DNA of 55,810 nucleotides, taken from IMG/VR virus record IMGVR_UViG_3300011008_000142; one strand, given 5' to 3'. Source of the stretch: a virus. The position numbers and the translations under genes were made by a program. This document shows, in pieces, positions 1-7,631 of the stretch; within the stretch, counting starts at the first letter, position 1; each line of letters begins with the position of its first letter. The notes below the pieces were generated by a model. The model ran no database searches and had not been told where the DNA came from. It was given only the letters and a program-made list of their open reading frames with translations.

Positions 1-99
1 TCTGCCCTCTGATAGTATCATACTTCGGAGGAAATAACAACAGTGAAAGAGCCTACTCCACGAAAACTAAAATCCGGGATGTACCGTGTCCAGCTGCGT
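1..99. repeat. Terminal overlap copy 1 (identical to 55712..55810)
   Basis: Read directly: tctgccctctgatag...ccagctgcgt occurs at both ends. It runs into the integrase start, which fits assembly closure of a circle rather than a physical terminal repeat. Confidence 0.9.
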
Positions 100-1116
100 T
101 TGGGCGGGGAAAGTATATCGATCACCAGGGCGGAAAAGCAAGACTGCATTTCAGAAGCGCGGGAGATCAAAGCTGCATACCTCGCCGGTAAAAGGCCAAA
201 GGTTACTGGCAAGGAGCTGACGCTGGACCAGGCCATGGATATCTACATTGAGGACCATAAGAACGTCCTGTCGCCGACCACGATCCGCGGCTACGGTATC
301 ATCCGCCGAAACCGCTTCCAGTCGGTCATCAATAAGCGGCTGAAGGATATCAAGGACTGGCAAGCCATCGTAAATCAAGAAGCGAAGAAGGATGTTTCCC
401 CGAAGACCCTGGCAAACGCTTGGCGCTTCACCAGCTCCGTCATCCGCTATCAGAATATCACCCCGCCCAAGGTTGTGCTGCCGCAGATCAACAGCAGCAC
501 CAGGGAATGGCTCGACTATGACGAGATAAAAACCTTCATGGCCACGATCAAGGGGACATACTACGAAATGCCATGTCTGCTCGCCCTGTGTTCACTTCGG
601 CGCTCGGAGATCTTCGGCCTACACTGGGAGGACGTCGATCTGAAGCATGAGGTCATCCGGGTGCATCAGACGATGGTCCCCGATGAAGATCACCATTATG
701 TTCTCCGGGAGGCAACAAAGAACGCGACCTCTCGCCGCACCGTGCCCATCATGATCCCGCGGCTCCTGGAGCTGATGAAAGAGAAGTATGGCGCCGGTCT
801 GATATTCCGTACCAATCCCGAGGGATGCAACCGACGCATCGGCGATCTGGCCGAGGACGCCGGCCTTCCTCGCGTCAGCCTGCACGGGCTCCGGCACAGC
901 TTCGCATCCCTCGCATATCACGTCGGTATGGACGAGCGCACATGCATGGAGCTGGGCGGCTGGTCAAATCCTGCGACCATGCAGAAGATCTACACTCACG
1001 TTGCCGCAAAGGACAAGGAAAAGCACCAGAATGCAATGAAGAAATTCTTCGAGGACGCCGAGGCTCCGGCCCCAAAACCAGAAGAAAATGCTCACAAAAA
1101 TGCTCACAAGGAGTGA
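43..1116 (+). CDS. int: Tyrosine site-specific integrase
   Basis: GTG start about 10 nt after GGAGG. C-terminal catalytic signature LHGLRHSFASLAY...GGWSNPATMQKIYTHV (R..HxxR..Y). Confidence 0.92.
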   Translation: MKEPTPRKLKSGMYRVQLRLGGESISITRAEKQDCISEAREIKAAYLAGKRPKVTGKELTLDQAMDIYIEDHKNVLSPTTIRGYGIIRRNRFQSVINKRLKDIKDWQAIVNQEAKKDVSPKTLANAWRFTSSVIRYQNITPPKVVLPQINSSTREWLDYDEIKTFMATIKGTYYEMPCLLALCSLRRSEIFGLHWEDVDLKHEVIRVHQTMVPDEDHHYVLREATKNATSRRTVPIMIPRLLELMKEKYGAGLIFRTNPEGCNRRIGDLAEDAGLPRVSLHGLRHSFASLAYHVGMDERTCMELGGWSNPATMQKIYTHVAAKDKEKHQNAMKKFFEDAEAPAPKPEENAHKNAHKE

Positions 1117-1154
1117 AATATGCAGTATTTACAGGCGCTCCGGCGGTTTTTTCC

Positions 1155-1182
1155 CAGGGTTCGAATCCCTCCTTCTCCGCCA
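1155..1182 (+). other. attP core candidate: 3' end of a tRNA (T-arm, acceptor 3' strand, CCA), tRNA-Ser-like
   Basis: CAGGG-TTCGAAT-CCCTC then CTTCTCC-G-CCA. No matching 5' half lies upstream, so this is a fragment, not a gene. It sits about 40 nt after the int stop. Confidence 0.6.
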
Positions 1183-1184
1183 TA

Positions 1185-1215
1185 CCGGGAAGCCTTGAGC
1201 TTCCCGGTTTTTCTT
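1185..1215 (+). terminator. Rho-independent terminator
   Basis: CCGGGAAGC-cttga-GCTTCCCGG followed by TTTTTCTT. Confidence 0.7.
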
Positions 1216-1380
1216 GTATTATCAAGGCTCAGCGGCTTTTCCCGCTCGTTCCTTATCGTTCCCGCTCGTGAGCGTTTTTACCGGGTCATTTCGCTCAAAA
1301 CGCTCACGGCAATGCTCACAAATTCCACCATCTGCGAGGCAATCAAACCCCACAGCTTCTTCTATTCCCATAACAACAAG

Positions 1381-1437
1381 AAAAGCGCCCTCTGGCAATT
1401 CTGATCCAGGCTTGTCAGGGGGCGCTTTTGCTTTTTG
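1381..1437. terminator. Hairpin terminator, possibly bidirectional
   Basis: AAAAGCGCCCTCTG ... CAGGGGGCGCTTTT (one mismatch), with A/T runs on both sides. Confidence 0.5.
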
Positions 1438-1536
1438 TTCTTCTCACCAGTGAGAAGGATTCCCTTACCGTAGTGAAGAATATCCGCTTTTCAAGATTTT
1501 TCTTTACGATGATGCCATAATCTACGGAAAGGAGAA

Positions 1537-1806
1537 ATGGCCATGATTAGGTTTTTACTATCCACCCGACTTGGCGAAGGACGGTGGACACAAGCCGATC
1601 TTGCCAGGGCAACGGATATCAGCCCTTCTCAGATTTGGGAATGGTATCACGGATATGTAGAGAGGATCCCAGTGTATCAGCTGGAGCGCATCTGCATCGC
1701 GCTTGACTGTCAACCCGGCGATCTGTTCGACTACATACCAGATGATAGCGAAGCCGCAAAGCGCTACCATCAAACAAAACCCCGCAAGGTCGTCACCACG
1801 AAATAG
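1537..1806 (+). CDS. XRE/Cro-C1-type HTH regulator
   Basis: RBS AAAGGAG. HTH core WTQADLARATDISPSQIWEW and C-terminal LDCQPGDLFDY motif, shared with the convergent neighbour. Confidence 0.8.
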   Translation: MAMIRFLLSTRLGEGRWTQADLARATDISPSQIWEWYHGYVERIPVYQLERICIALDCQPGDLFDYIPDDSEAAKRYHQTKPRKVVTTK

Positions 1807-1830
1807 TGGTCTCTCCCTCACCCCGGATGT

Positions 1831-2058
1831 TCACGCATCCGGGGTGTTTTCGTTCTCTCGCACGAACTCGATCAGATCTCCCGGTTGGCAGTCGAGCCAG
1901 TCGCAGAGTTTATCCATCAGCGTCCATGTTGCAGGAAGACCACCTCTGCGAAGAACGGTGAGCGTCTGCTGGCCCATAAGGTTTTGTTTCCTGATTCGGT
2001 ACGAGCTGTACCCGGCCTCCTTCAGTTTGGCCATGATATCCACCTTCCAGCGAATCAT
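1831..2058 (-). CDS. XRE/Cro-C1-type HTH regulator (paralogue-like of 1537..1806)
   Basis: Start moved to MIRWKV, preceded by AAGGAGG. C-terminal LDCQPGDLIEF motif. Divergent from the accessory island. Confidence 0.7.
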   Translation of the reverse strand: MIRWKVDIMAKLKEAGYSSYRIRKQNLMGQQTLTVLRRGGLPATWTLMDKLCDWLDCQPGDLIEFVRENENTPDA

Positions 2059-2233
2059 GCTATCGCCTCCTTTGTGTTCTATATAGTAACACACGCCTGC
2101 ACTTGTGTAAAGTGTATAATATGCACAACGGCGAAGTGCTCCATTCGTCAGTTCTCACTATATACATGCACTGTTGCATGGTGTACTATGTAGACAGAAA
2201 GAAACAGAACGAAACGCACAGGAGGACACCAAA

Positions 2234-2419
2234 ATGAAGGAATACGAGATCAAGGTTTCCGCGAGCTATATCACGGACGGCGGCTCCAAAGAGTGGAACG
2301 CCTTCAAGGAATACGTCACCGCCAAGACCCCCGCCGAGGCTCGCAAGATCCTCCGGGCAGAGCTCAAGGCCGAAGGCTACAAGAACATCACTCTGAGCGA
2401 CACGATCGCCACCAACTAA
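2234..2419 (+). CDS. Hypothetical protein (61 aa)
   Basis: ATG 8 nt after AGGAGGA. First gene of the plus-strand accessory island. Confidence 0.6.
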   Translation: MKEYEIKVSASYITDGGSKEWNAFKEYVTAKTPAEARKILRAELKAEGYKNITLSDTIATN

Positions 2420-2431
2420 GGAGGAATCAAG

Positions 2432-2563
2432 ATGTACAGCAAAGAAGAGATGAAAGTCCTAAACAAGATCGCGAAGGACTGGCACGGATGCAAGTTCAAC
2501 GACCTCGACCACGAGGAACAGGACATTATCTACTGCTACGCCGAAGACGACGGACTCCTCTAA
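2432..2563 (+). CDS. Hypothetical small protein (43 aa, MYSKEEMKVLNKIAKDWHGC...)
   Basis: Not in the ORF track because it is under 60 aa. ATG 7 nt after AGGAGGA; fills the gap between neighbouring genes. Confidence 0.5.
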   Translation: MYSKEEMKVLNKIAKDWHGCKFNDLDHEEQDIIYCYAEDDGLL

Positions 2564-2639
2564 GCCGAAACGCCCGCGAGGGCGTCGAGCGGAACCGCCC
2601 CACCGCTCCTGATGATGGCAGGGCAGAAAGGCAACCAAG

Positions 2640-3281
2640 ATGAAGTTCGAGAGCATCAACCGCAAATTCACCGAGACCGTCGCCGAGTGGATGGCGAAAG
2701 GCTGGTACATCAACACTGCCTCCATGAGAGGCAGCCAGGGCGAGATCGGAAAGGTCGACCTGACGGACGGCACCGAGGTCATCCGCGTTCTGCTCGACAA
2801 CTTCCGCGAGTGGGGCATACGGATCGAGGACAAGCGGTACGAGTTCGAGGGCGTGAAGATCGTGGTCGGCAAGGTCACGGACGGCACGATCCCCAACCGC
2901 TCGGACGACTGGAACACCGTCTGGAACGAGCATCTGGAGATCATCACCAAGGAGCGCTTCTACGAGATCGGCGACAGCCGCCGCAATAAGTGGTACGGCA
3001 CCCGGGAGGAATCCATCGCCCAACAGGATAAGGCCTGGGGCCGCTACACCAGACGTCAGATCGAGAACGTTATTATCATCGGCGCCCGCAATCCCGTGGA
3101 CAACAAGAAAGTCGCCGAGATAGCCAAAGCCTATGTGAAGCGTCAGCCGAGATGCCGTAGCACAAAGCGCCGCGACATCAAGGCCGTCAAGAAGACCATC
3201 GACACCAACCGCTTCGACCGCACCGTTACCGTCCGCTACACCATCGAGACCATCAAGGGTAACACCTACCGTCTGCACTAA
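2640..3281 (+). CDS. Hypothetical protein (213 aa)
   Basis: Long ORF with protein-like composition, immediately upstream of the amidoligase. Family not recognised. Confidence 0.65.
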   Translation: MKFESINRKFTETVAEWMAKGWYINTASMRGSQGEIGKVDLTDGTEVIRVLLDNFREWGIRIEDKRYEFEGVKIVVGKVTDGTIPNRSDDWNTVWNEHLEIITKERFYEIGDSRRNKWYGTREESIAQQDKAWGRYTRRQIENVIIIGARNPVDNKKVAEIAKAYVKRQPRCRSTKRRDIKAVKKTIDTNRFDRTVTVRYTIETIKGNTYRLH

Positions 3282-3294
3282 GGAGGAAAGATCA

Positions 3295-3540
3295 ATGACC
3301 ACCATTCAGACCCAGAACTTCGGCGTAGAGATCGAGCTGACCGGCATCACCCGCGAGAAGGCCGCCAAGACTATCTCCGCGTACTTCGAGAGCAACCACC
3401 GTCACACCGGCGGCTCCTATGACACCTGGTCTGCCTACGACCGCGAGGGCCGCATCTGGAAGGCCATGTCCGACGGCTCCATACGCCGCACACGGAAAGT
3501 GGACGGGCGGCAGGTCTCCGCCGACTGGACGTACTCCTGA
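3295..3540 (+). CDS. Amidoligase (Amidoligase_2-like) N-terminal fragment, ends at in-frame TGA
   Basis: RBS AAGGAGGAAAG. FGVEIELTGITREKAA and WKAMSDGSI motifs. Same reading frame as 3547..4224. Confidence 0.75.
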   Translation: MTTIQTQNFGVEIELTGITREKAAKTISAYFESNHRHTGGSYDTWSAYDREGRIWKAMSDGSIRRTRKVDGRQVSADWTYS

Positions 3541-3546
3541 GAGATC

Positions 3547-4224
3547 GTGACCCCGATCCTCCAGTACAAAGACATGGAAGACCTCCAGCAGATCGTCCGG
3601 CTCCTGGTCAAGAAGGGCGCCGTCGCAAACGACAGCTGCGGAATCCACGTCCACGTGGACGGGGCGAATCATACCCCCGACAGTCTCTCCCGCCTGCTCA
3701 ACTTTGCCGTCGGCCGTCAGGATCTTTTCTACGAGGCCCTGCAGATCGGCGACCGCGCCAACCGCTGGTGCCACAAGGCCAACAAGGACCTGTTCAAAGC
3801 CATCAAAAAGGACCACACCGACCGCCGCACCATCGAGCGCCTGTGGTACAGCAATCTCAACGACGGATACCGCGGCGGAATCAGCCACGAGCACTACAAC
3901 GACACCCGCTACCACGGTATCAACCTTCACGCCTATTTCACAAAGGGCACCGTCGAGTTCCGGCTGTTCAACGGCACGACCCACGCCGGGAAGATCAAGG
4001 CCTACGTCCAGTTCTGCTTGGCCATGTCCGCCTGGGCGATCAACTGCCCGAACGATAACCTGTTCTTCAAGTCCACCGCCAACATGACCCAGGATCAGAA
4101 AGCCGCCCTTATGCTCCGGGTCCTCACCAAGCGACTGAAAATGCGCGGGCTGGAATTCAAGACCGCCCGGCTCCACCTCACCAGCGCCTTCACCCAGACC
4201 GCCACCGCCGAAGAAGCGGCGTAA
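3547..4224 (+). CDS. Amidoligase (Amidoligase_2-like) C-terminal fragment
   Basis: Continues EIVTPIL...CGIHVHVDG...RYHGINLH...GTVEFRLFNGTTHAGKIKAY. No separate RBS; contiguous in frame with 3295..3540. Confidence 0.75.
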   Translation: MTPILQYKDMEDLQQIVRLLVKKGAVANDSCGIHVHVDGANHTPDSLSRLLNFAVGRQDLFYEALQIGDRANRWCHKANKDLFKAIKKDHTDRRTIERLWYSNLNDGYRGGISHEHYNDTRYHGINLHAYFTKGTVEFRLFNGTTHAGKIKAYVQFCLAMSAWAINCPNDNLFFKSTANMTQDQKAALMLRVLTKRLKMRGLEFKTARLHLTSAFTQTATAEEAA

Positions 4225-4269
4225 AAACTCCGGCTGTCCTACCGGCCACACGGGGAGAAAGGGAAACGA

Positions 4270-4923
4270 ATGAATCTGTACCTCGCCTACGGTTCCAACC
4301 TCAACGTACCGCAGATGAAAAACCGCTGTCTCGATGCCGAGCCCATCGGAAAGAGCGCGATCACTGATTACCGTCTCGCGTTCCGTGGGAATTCTCGCTC
4401 CGGTGTTCTGAACATCGAGCCGTTCCCCGGCAGCTCCGTCCCCGTGGTGATCTGGAATATCTCCGAGAGGGACGAGGAAGCTCTGGATATGTACGAGGGC
4501 TACCCCCACCTGTACACGAAGCAGACCTTCACGGTGGAATTCGAGGGGAGTCAACTCCAGGCCATGGCCTACATCATGACCCCCGGCCACAAATACGCGC
4601 CGCCTTTCGACAGTTACCTCCGCACCGTGGCCGATGGCTATGACTATTTCGGCTTCGACGCCAACCCTGTGTACGAGGCCGCCACCATCGCACACGCCCA
4701 CGCCGGGAAACTCGACGCTGAGAAGCCCGTCATCAACTATGACAGTCGCGGAGAGACGGGAAATGTCTATTGGCTCCTGGGGGCCGTTCATAGCGCCTTG
4801 CGGCGCGAGCACCGTCCGACCGATTATAATACCTGCCGGGATGCCGTCCTCGCCTCTCAGAGCTATGACGAAGCTCTCAGCATCATGTCCCGGTATGTAA
4901 CGCTGGTAGACAAGAGCAAGTGA
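4270..4923 (+). CDS. AIG2-like / gamma-glutamyl cyclotransferase family protein with C-terminal extension
   Basis: N-terminal LYLAYGSNLN...YRLAF...VVIWNISERDEEALDMYEGYP pattern, typical of the GGCT/AIG2 fold. Confidence 0.7.
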   Translation: MNLYLAYGSNLNVPQMKNRCLDAEPIGKSAITDYRLAFRGNSRSGVLNIEPFPGSSVPVVIWNISERDEEALDMYEGYPHLYTKQTFTVEFEGSQLQAMAYIMTPGHKYAPPFDSYLRTVADGYDYFGFDANPVYEAATIAHAHAGKLDAEKPVINYDSRGETGNVYWLLGAVHSALRREHRPTDYNTCRDAVLASQSYDEALSIMSRYVTLVDKSK

Positions 4924-4940
4924 TCCCCATAAAACGAAAA

Positions 4941-4976
4941 ACGCCCCTCACGGTCATTTCTGGCCGAGAGGGGCGT
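4941..4976. terminator. Bidirectional hairpin terminator between convergent genes
   Basis: ACGCCCCTC ... GAGGGGCGT with A-run upstream and T-rich downstream. Lies between the 4923 stop (+) and the 4982 stop (-). Confidence 0.7.
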
Positions 4977-4981
4977 CCTGT

Positions 4982-5314
4982 TTATACATTTTCGATGATG
5001 TGTTCCTGCACGTTCACGGATCTCGACATGTCGGCAAACGCATCAATCATACTGCCGACCGCGTCAAGGTCGATGTCGTAATTGAACGTATCCGCGGCGG
5101 CCTTGACGCACGTCAAGACCCACTCCTTGCGCTCGGGGCCGGATCCGAATTTACCCTCAGCCTCCTTCATGCGCTCGAGAACGAACGTCACGACCTTCTG
5201 CCAGTTCCGCTCCTTCACCGCCGTTCTCACGGCCTCGACGAGCTTGACTACCAGCGGGATCGTCACGCTGAGCCCCGAGAGGATCGCCACGATCCATTTG
5301 ATCCATTCCTGCAT
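4982..5314 (-). CDS. Holin candidate (LL-H-type-like)
   Basis: N-terminal TM WIVAILSGLSVTIPLVV, then a charged helical domain. Last gene of the lysis cassette. Confidence 0.5.
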   Translation of the reverse strand: MQEWIKWIVAILSGLSVTIPLVVKLVEAVRTAVKERNWQKVVTFVLERMKEAEGKFGSGPERKEWVLTCVKAAADTFNYDIDLDAVGSMIDAFADMSRSVNVQEHIIENV

Positions 5315-5332
5315 TTGCTGTTCCTCCTTTTC

Positions 5333-6238
5333 TCACGCGGCCATAAGCGAGGCAAACGTATCGGCGCCTGCCTCGCCATCCTTGGCCAGATTCTTGTCGC
5401 CCTGGTACGCCCTCACAGCTGCGTATGTACTGCCGCCGAACTCACCGTCGAAGCCGTTCGGATTGTAGCCTCGGCAGTAAAGCATCCCCTGCAGGATGTA
5501 CACAAGGTCGTTTTTGTCGCCCTTCTTGAGTTCGATCTTCTTGTCGGACATGAACGCCTTGGTCTTCGGACCGAAACCGCCGTCCACTTTGAGCCCGGCG
5601 CTGTAGGACTTGTTGAGATACGTCTGCAGAGCCTTGACCGCGGCCATGCGCGTCTGCTTCCCGAACACGCCGTCCACGCCGATGCTGGTGGCGTAGTTCT
5701 GGTTGAGCCACTTCTGGAACGCGGTGATGTAGGTGTTGTATCCGGTGGACGCGCTGCCGGATCCGCCGCTGTACGGCGGGCGGTACACCTCGCAGTTGCT
5801 GCCGAGAGTGCGCTTTTTATAGCCGATGCCCTCGAACGCGCCGGTCCCGGAATTGGACGCCCTCGCCTGCGCTGCCGTGGCGTAAACCGTGGCGTTGCCC
5901 TCCAGTGTGATCTTCGTTATGCCGCTGTATCCGTCGAAGCAGAAACAGACATGCTGCAGCGGACCGACGCAGATGATATCACCTGCACGGGCGTCCTCAT
6001 TCGGGACGCGCCATCCTTTGCCGCGCATATAATCCCGGATCGTCGGGAGATATGCCGGGTTGGAGCACCCGTCCAGCAGGTTGCACCCGGATTTCTTGAA
6101 TGCATACTTCACCGTCAGGCCGCAGTACGCCGCCCCCGGCCAGTTAAAATACTTGTTGATGGTCGTGTTGTTATTGGAGTTGATCTCCCTCTCGCCGGCA
6201 AGATCCATCACCGGCTTCATTACTTCCATGCCTGTCAT
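5333..6238 (-). CDS. Endolysin: N-terminal cysteine peptidase (CHAP/NlpC-P60-like) plus three peptidoglycan-binding (PG_binding_1-like) repeats
   Basis: NWPGAAYCGLTV...GDIICVGPLQHVCF (Cys/His). VDGVFGKQT, VDGGFGPKT and FDGEFGGSTYAAVRAYQ repeats. Confidence 0.85.
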   Translation of the reverse strand: MTGMEVMKPVMDLAGEREINSNNNTTINKYFNWPGAAYCGLTVKYAFKKSGCNLLDGCSNPAYLPTIRDYMRGKGWRVPNEDARAGDIICVGPLQHVCFCFDGYSGITKITLEGNATVYATAAQARASNSGTGAFEGIGYKKRTLGSNCEVYRPPYSGGSGSASTGYNTYITAFQKWLNQNYATSIGVDGVFGKQTRMAAVKALQTYLNKSYSAGLKVDGGFGPKTKAFMSDKKIELKKGDKNDLVYILQGMLYCRGYNPNGFDGEFGGSTYAAVRAYQGDKNLAKDGEAGADTFASLMAA

Positions 6239-6241
6239 GGT

Positions 6242-6565
6242 TCAGTCTCCTTTCGTGATGATCTCGGCAAATCTCGCCGCCGCCTCCCAGCCGTCTTTCG
6301 CGGCGATTTTCTCATACCAAAGCTGGGAGTATTTGTTTCGATTTTCGCTTCTGGCCTTCCAGAAGTAGGCCGGAGTCACGAGCGCAACCAAGCCGTACCA
6401 CACCTCTGTCAGTTCCTTCATGCAGCGCATGATGTCGGGATTCGGCTCTGGCGCTCGTCCCATCCGTACTGTGATGACCGTCAGTATGATCGCCATACCA
6501 TAGGCCAGAACGAGGATGATCTTCGACGCGCTGAGTTTCTTACTCTGGTGCTTGTATCTGCTCAT
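6242..6565 (-). CDS. Holin candidate (XhlB/SPP1-holin-like), 2 TM
   Basis: TMs IILVLAYGMAIILTVITV and VWYGLVALVTPAYFW, followed by K..SEN. Lies between the XhlA-like gene and the endolysin. Confidence 0.45.
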   Translation of the reverse strand: MSRYKHQSKKLSASKIILVLAYGMAIILTVITVRMGRAPEPNPDIMRCMKELTEVWYGLVALVTPAYFWKARSENRNKYSQLWYEKIAAKDGWEAAARFAEIITKGD

Positions 6566-6663
6566 CGGCGTTCACGCCTCCTTTCTCCTGGGGATCTTCC
6601 GGTTCGATGGGACCGAGGGCCGCCGGGTTGGCGACGAAAGCGTCGTAGGGCAGATCACGCCTG

Positions 6664-6888
6664 TCAATTCGAAATTTCCGGCTCTTGTCCTGCGGTGTCA
6701 TAGATGATCACCTCTCCTTCCTCGGTCAGATAATGCATGGTGTCCTCCTCCGGATACGGCGGGTCCTCGTATCGCACGACGATCCGCAGGGTGCTGTCCG
6801 TCGTCTCCGGCGCGTCCATAAGGACGAACGCGAAAAATGCCAGGATAAAGAGAATCCCTATAAAAGGAATCCACCACGGTTCTTTCAC
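6664..6888 (-). CDS. Small membrane protein (74 aa)
   Basis: GTG start chosen just after the upstream stop. TM WWIPFIGILFILAFFAFVL with an acidic C-terminal tail. Confidence 0.45.
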   Translation of the reverse strand: MKEPWWIPFIGILFILAFFAFVLMDAPETTDSTLRIVVRYEDPPYPEEDTMHYLTEEGEVIIYDTAGQEPEISN

Positions 6889-6893
6889 ACCGA

Positions 6894-7184
6894 TCACCCC
6901 AGCCCCAATAACGCCTTGACGGCGTAGCCGACGATCAGCCCGATCACCGCCGCGACGATTGCCTCCCAACGCTTGCCAGGGGTGGCTTTCAGGTCTTTGA
7001 CATCTGACTTGATCTCGGTGACGTCCGACTCAATCTGCTCCTGTTTGGCCTGCATGACCGCAACCGATTTTGTCAGAACCTCCAAATTGTCCTGCCGCTT
7101 CTCCATAGCGTCGAGGCGCTTTGTGTTTGACTTTGACCGCGCCGTTGTCTCGGTCAGTTCTTTTACGATCTGTTCGCTTTCCAT
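6894..7184 (-). CDS. xhlA: XhlA-like lysis-associated protein (coiled coil plus C-terminal TM)
   Basis: KRLDAMEKRQDNLE coiled coil and C-terminal WEAIVAAVIGLIVGYAV anchor, as in PBSX XhlA. Confidence 0.65.
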   Translation of the reverse strand: MESEQIVKELTETTARSKSNTKRLDAMEKRQDNLEVLTKSVAVMQAKQEQIESDVTEIKSDVKDLKATPGKRWEAIVAAVIGLIVGYAVKALLGLG

Positions 7185-7216
7185 TACTCCACCGCCTTAT
7201 ATATGGTTTTTGAGAG

Positions 7217-7244
7217 AAAAAGCCCGCGGGTTACCCCGCGAGCC
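7217..7244 (-). terminator. Rho-independent terminator (minus strand)
   Basis: Minus-sense GGCTCGCGGG-gtaa-CCCGCGGGC followed by TTTTT. A second weaker hairpin plus T-run lies at 7261..7288. Confidence 0.6.
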
Positions 7245-7287
7245 TTCTGTTTTCTGCAACAAAAAAGAGCCGCAGATGCGACCCTCT

Positions 7288-7479
7288 TTATTCAAGATCA
7301 AACGACGCTTCATCCGAGCCGATAGCCTTGGAGTATGCAGCCTCGACGCCTGCTATGGCCTCCTGCTCGATCTCGCTCAATCCGTCCAGTTCCGAGAGGC
7401 GGGAGGACAGTTTGCGAATGAGCTTTATCTGACACTCGACGATGTAGCACAGTTCCTCGATCAGTTGCAGATTCGACAC
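7288..7479 (-). CDS. Hypothetical protein (63 aa)
   Basis: ORF with helical, protein-like composition, followed by tandem terminators. Confidence 0.5.
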   Translation of the reverse strand: MSNLQLIEELCYIVECQIKLIRKLSSRLSELDGLSEIEQEAIAGVEAAYSKAIGSDEASFDLE

Positions 7480-7484
7480 AGCGC

Positions 7485-7631
7485 TTACTCTCCGATTACG
7501 ATCTGGTCGTATTCAGCCTGGGTGAGCTTTCCGGCGTCCACCAGCTTCTGGAGCATCCGCGCCGTCCACCTGCCGCTGTCATACTTGGCTTTGGCAAGCT
7601 CGAAAAATTCAGAGTGTTCACTGTTCGTCAT
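7485..7631 (-). CDS. xkdX: XkdX-family small phage protein (48 aa)
   Basis: Not in the ORF track. MTNSEHSEFFELAKAKYDSGRWTARMLQKLVDAGKLTQAEYDQIVIGE matches the XkdX pattern (W..... V..GKIT.EEY..I). Confidence 0.6.
   Translation of the reverse strand: MTNSEHSEFFELAKAKYDSGRWTARMLQKLVDAGKLTQAEYDQIVIGE

Larger units (their letters stand above)
1088..1321. promoter_or_regulatory. Candidate integrase arm-type binding repeats flanking the attP core
   Basis: ATGCTCACAA at 1088, 1100 and 1312. CGCTCAC at 1301 and inverted (GTGAGCG) at 1268. TTCCCGCTCGT direct repeat at 1239 and 1259. Confidence 0.35.

Noticed and set aside
1120-1200. A complete tRNA gene next to the integrase
   Set aside because: Only the T-arm, acceptor 3' strand and CCA are present. 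The upstream sequence cannot form the D-arm, the anticodon arm or a complementary acceptor 5' strand. It is treated as the attP core fragment.
3541-3600. Selenocysteine insertion at the amidoligase TGA
   Set aside because: Only a 5-bp hairpin follows the TGA, starting 3 nt downstream. No SECIS-like extended stem with the expected spacing is visible, and the enzyme family is not redox-active. It is kept only as a remote possibility within the TGA finding.
3292-4812. 506-aa minus-strand ORF antisense to the amidoligase/GGCT genes
   Set aside because: The translation is Gly/Val/Ala/Arg-rich with low complexity, typical of the antisense frame of high-GC coding DNA. The plus-strand genes have clear family motifs and RBSs.
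5000-6703. 567-aa plus-strand ORF, and similar long plus-strand ORFs at 10385..12151, 14631..16028, 17133..18311, 21264..22220, 23719..25428, 27022..28446, 28800..30116, 30613..31911, 35702..37072, 44017..45285, 45388..46725 and 51574..52743
   Set aside because: All lie antisense to minus-strand genes with recognisable phage families. Their translations are Arg/His/Gly/Pro-rich without motifs or RBSs. These are high-GC shadow ORFs.
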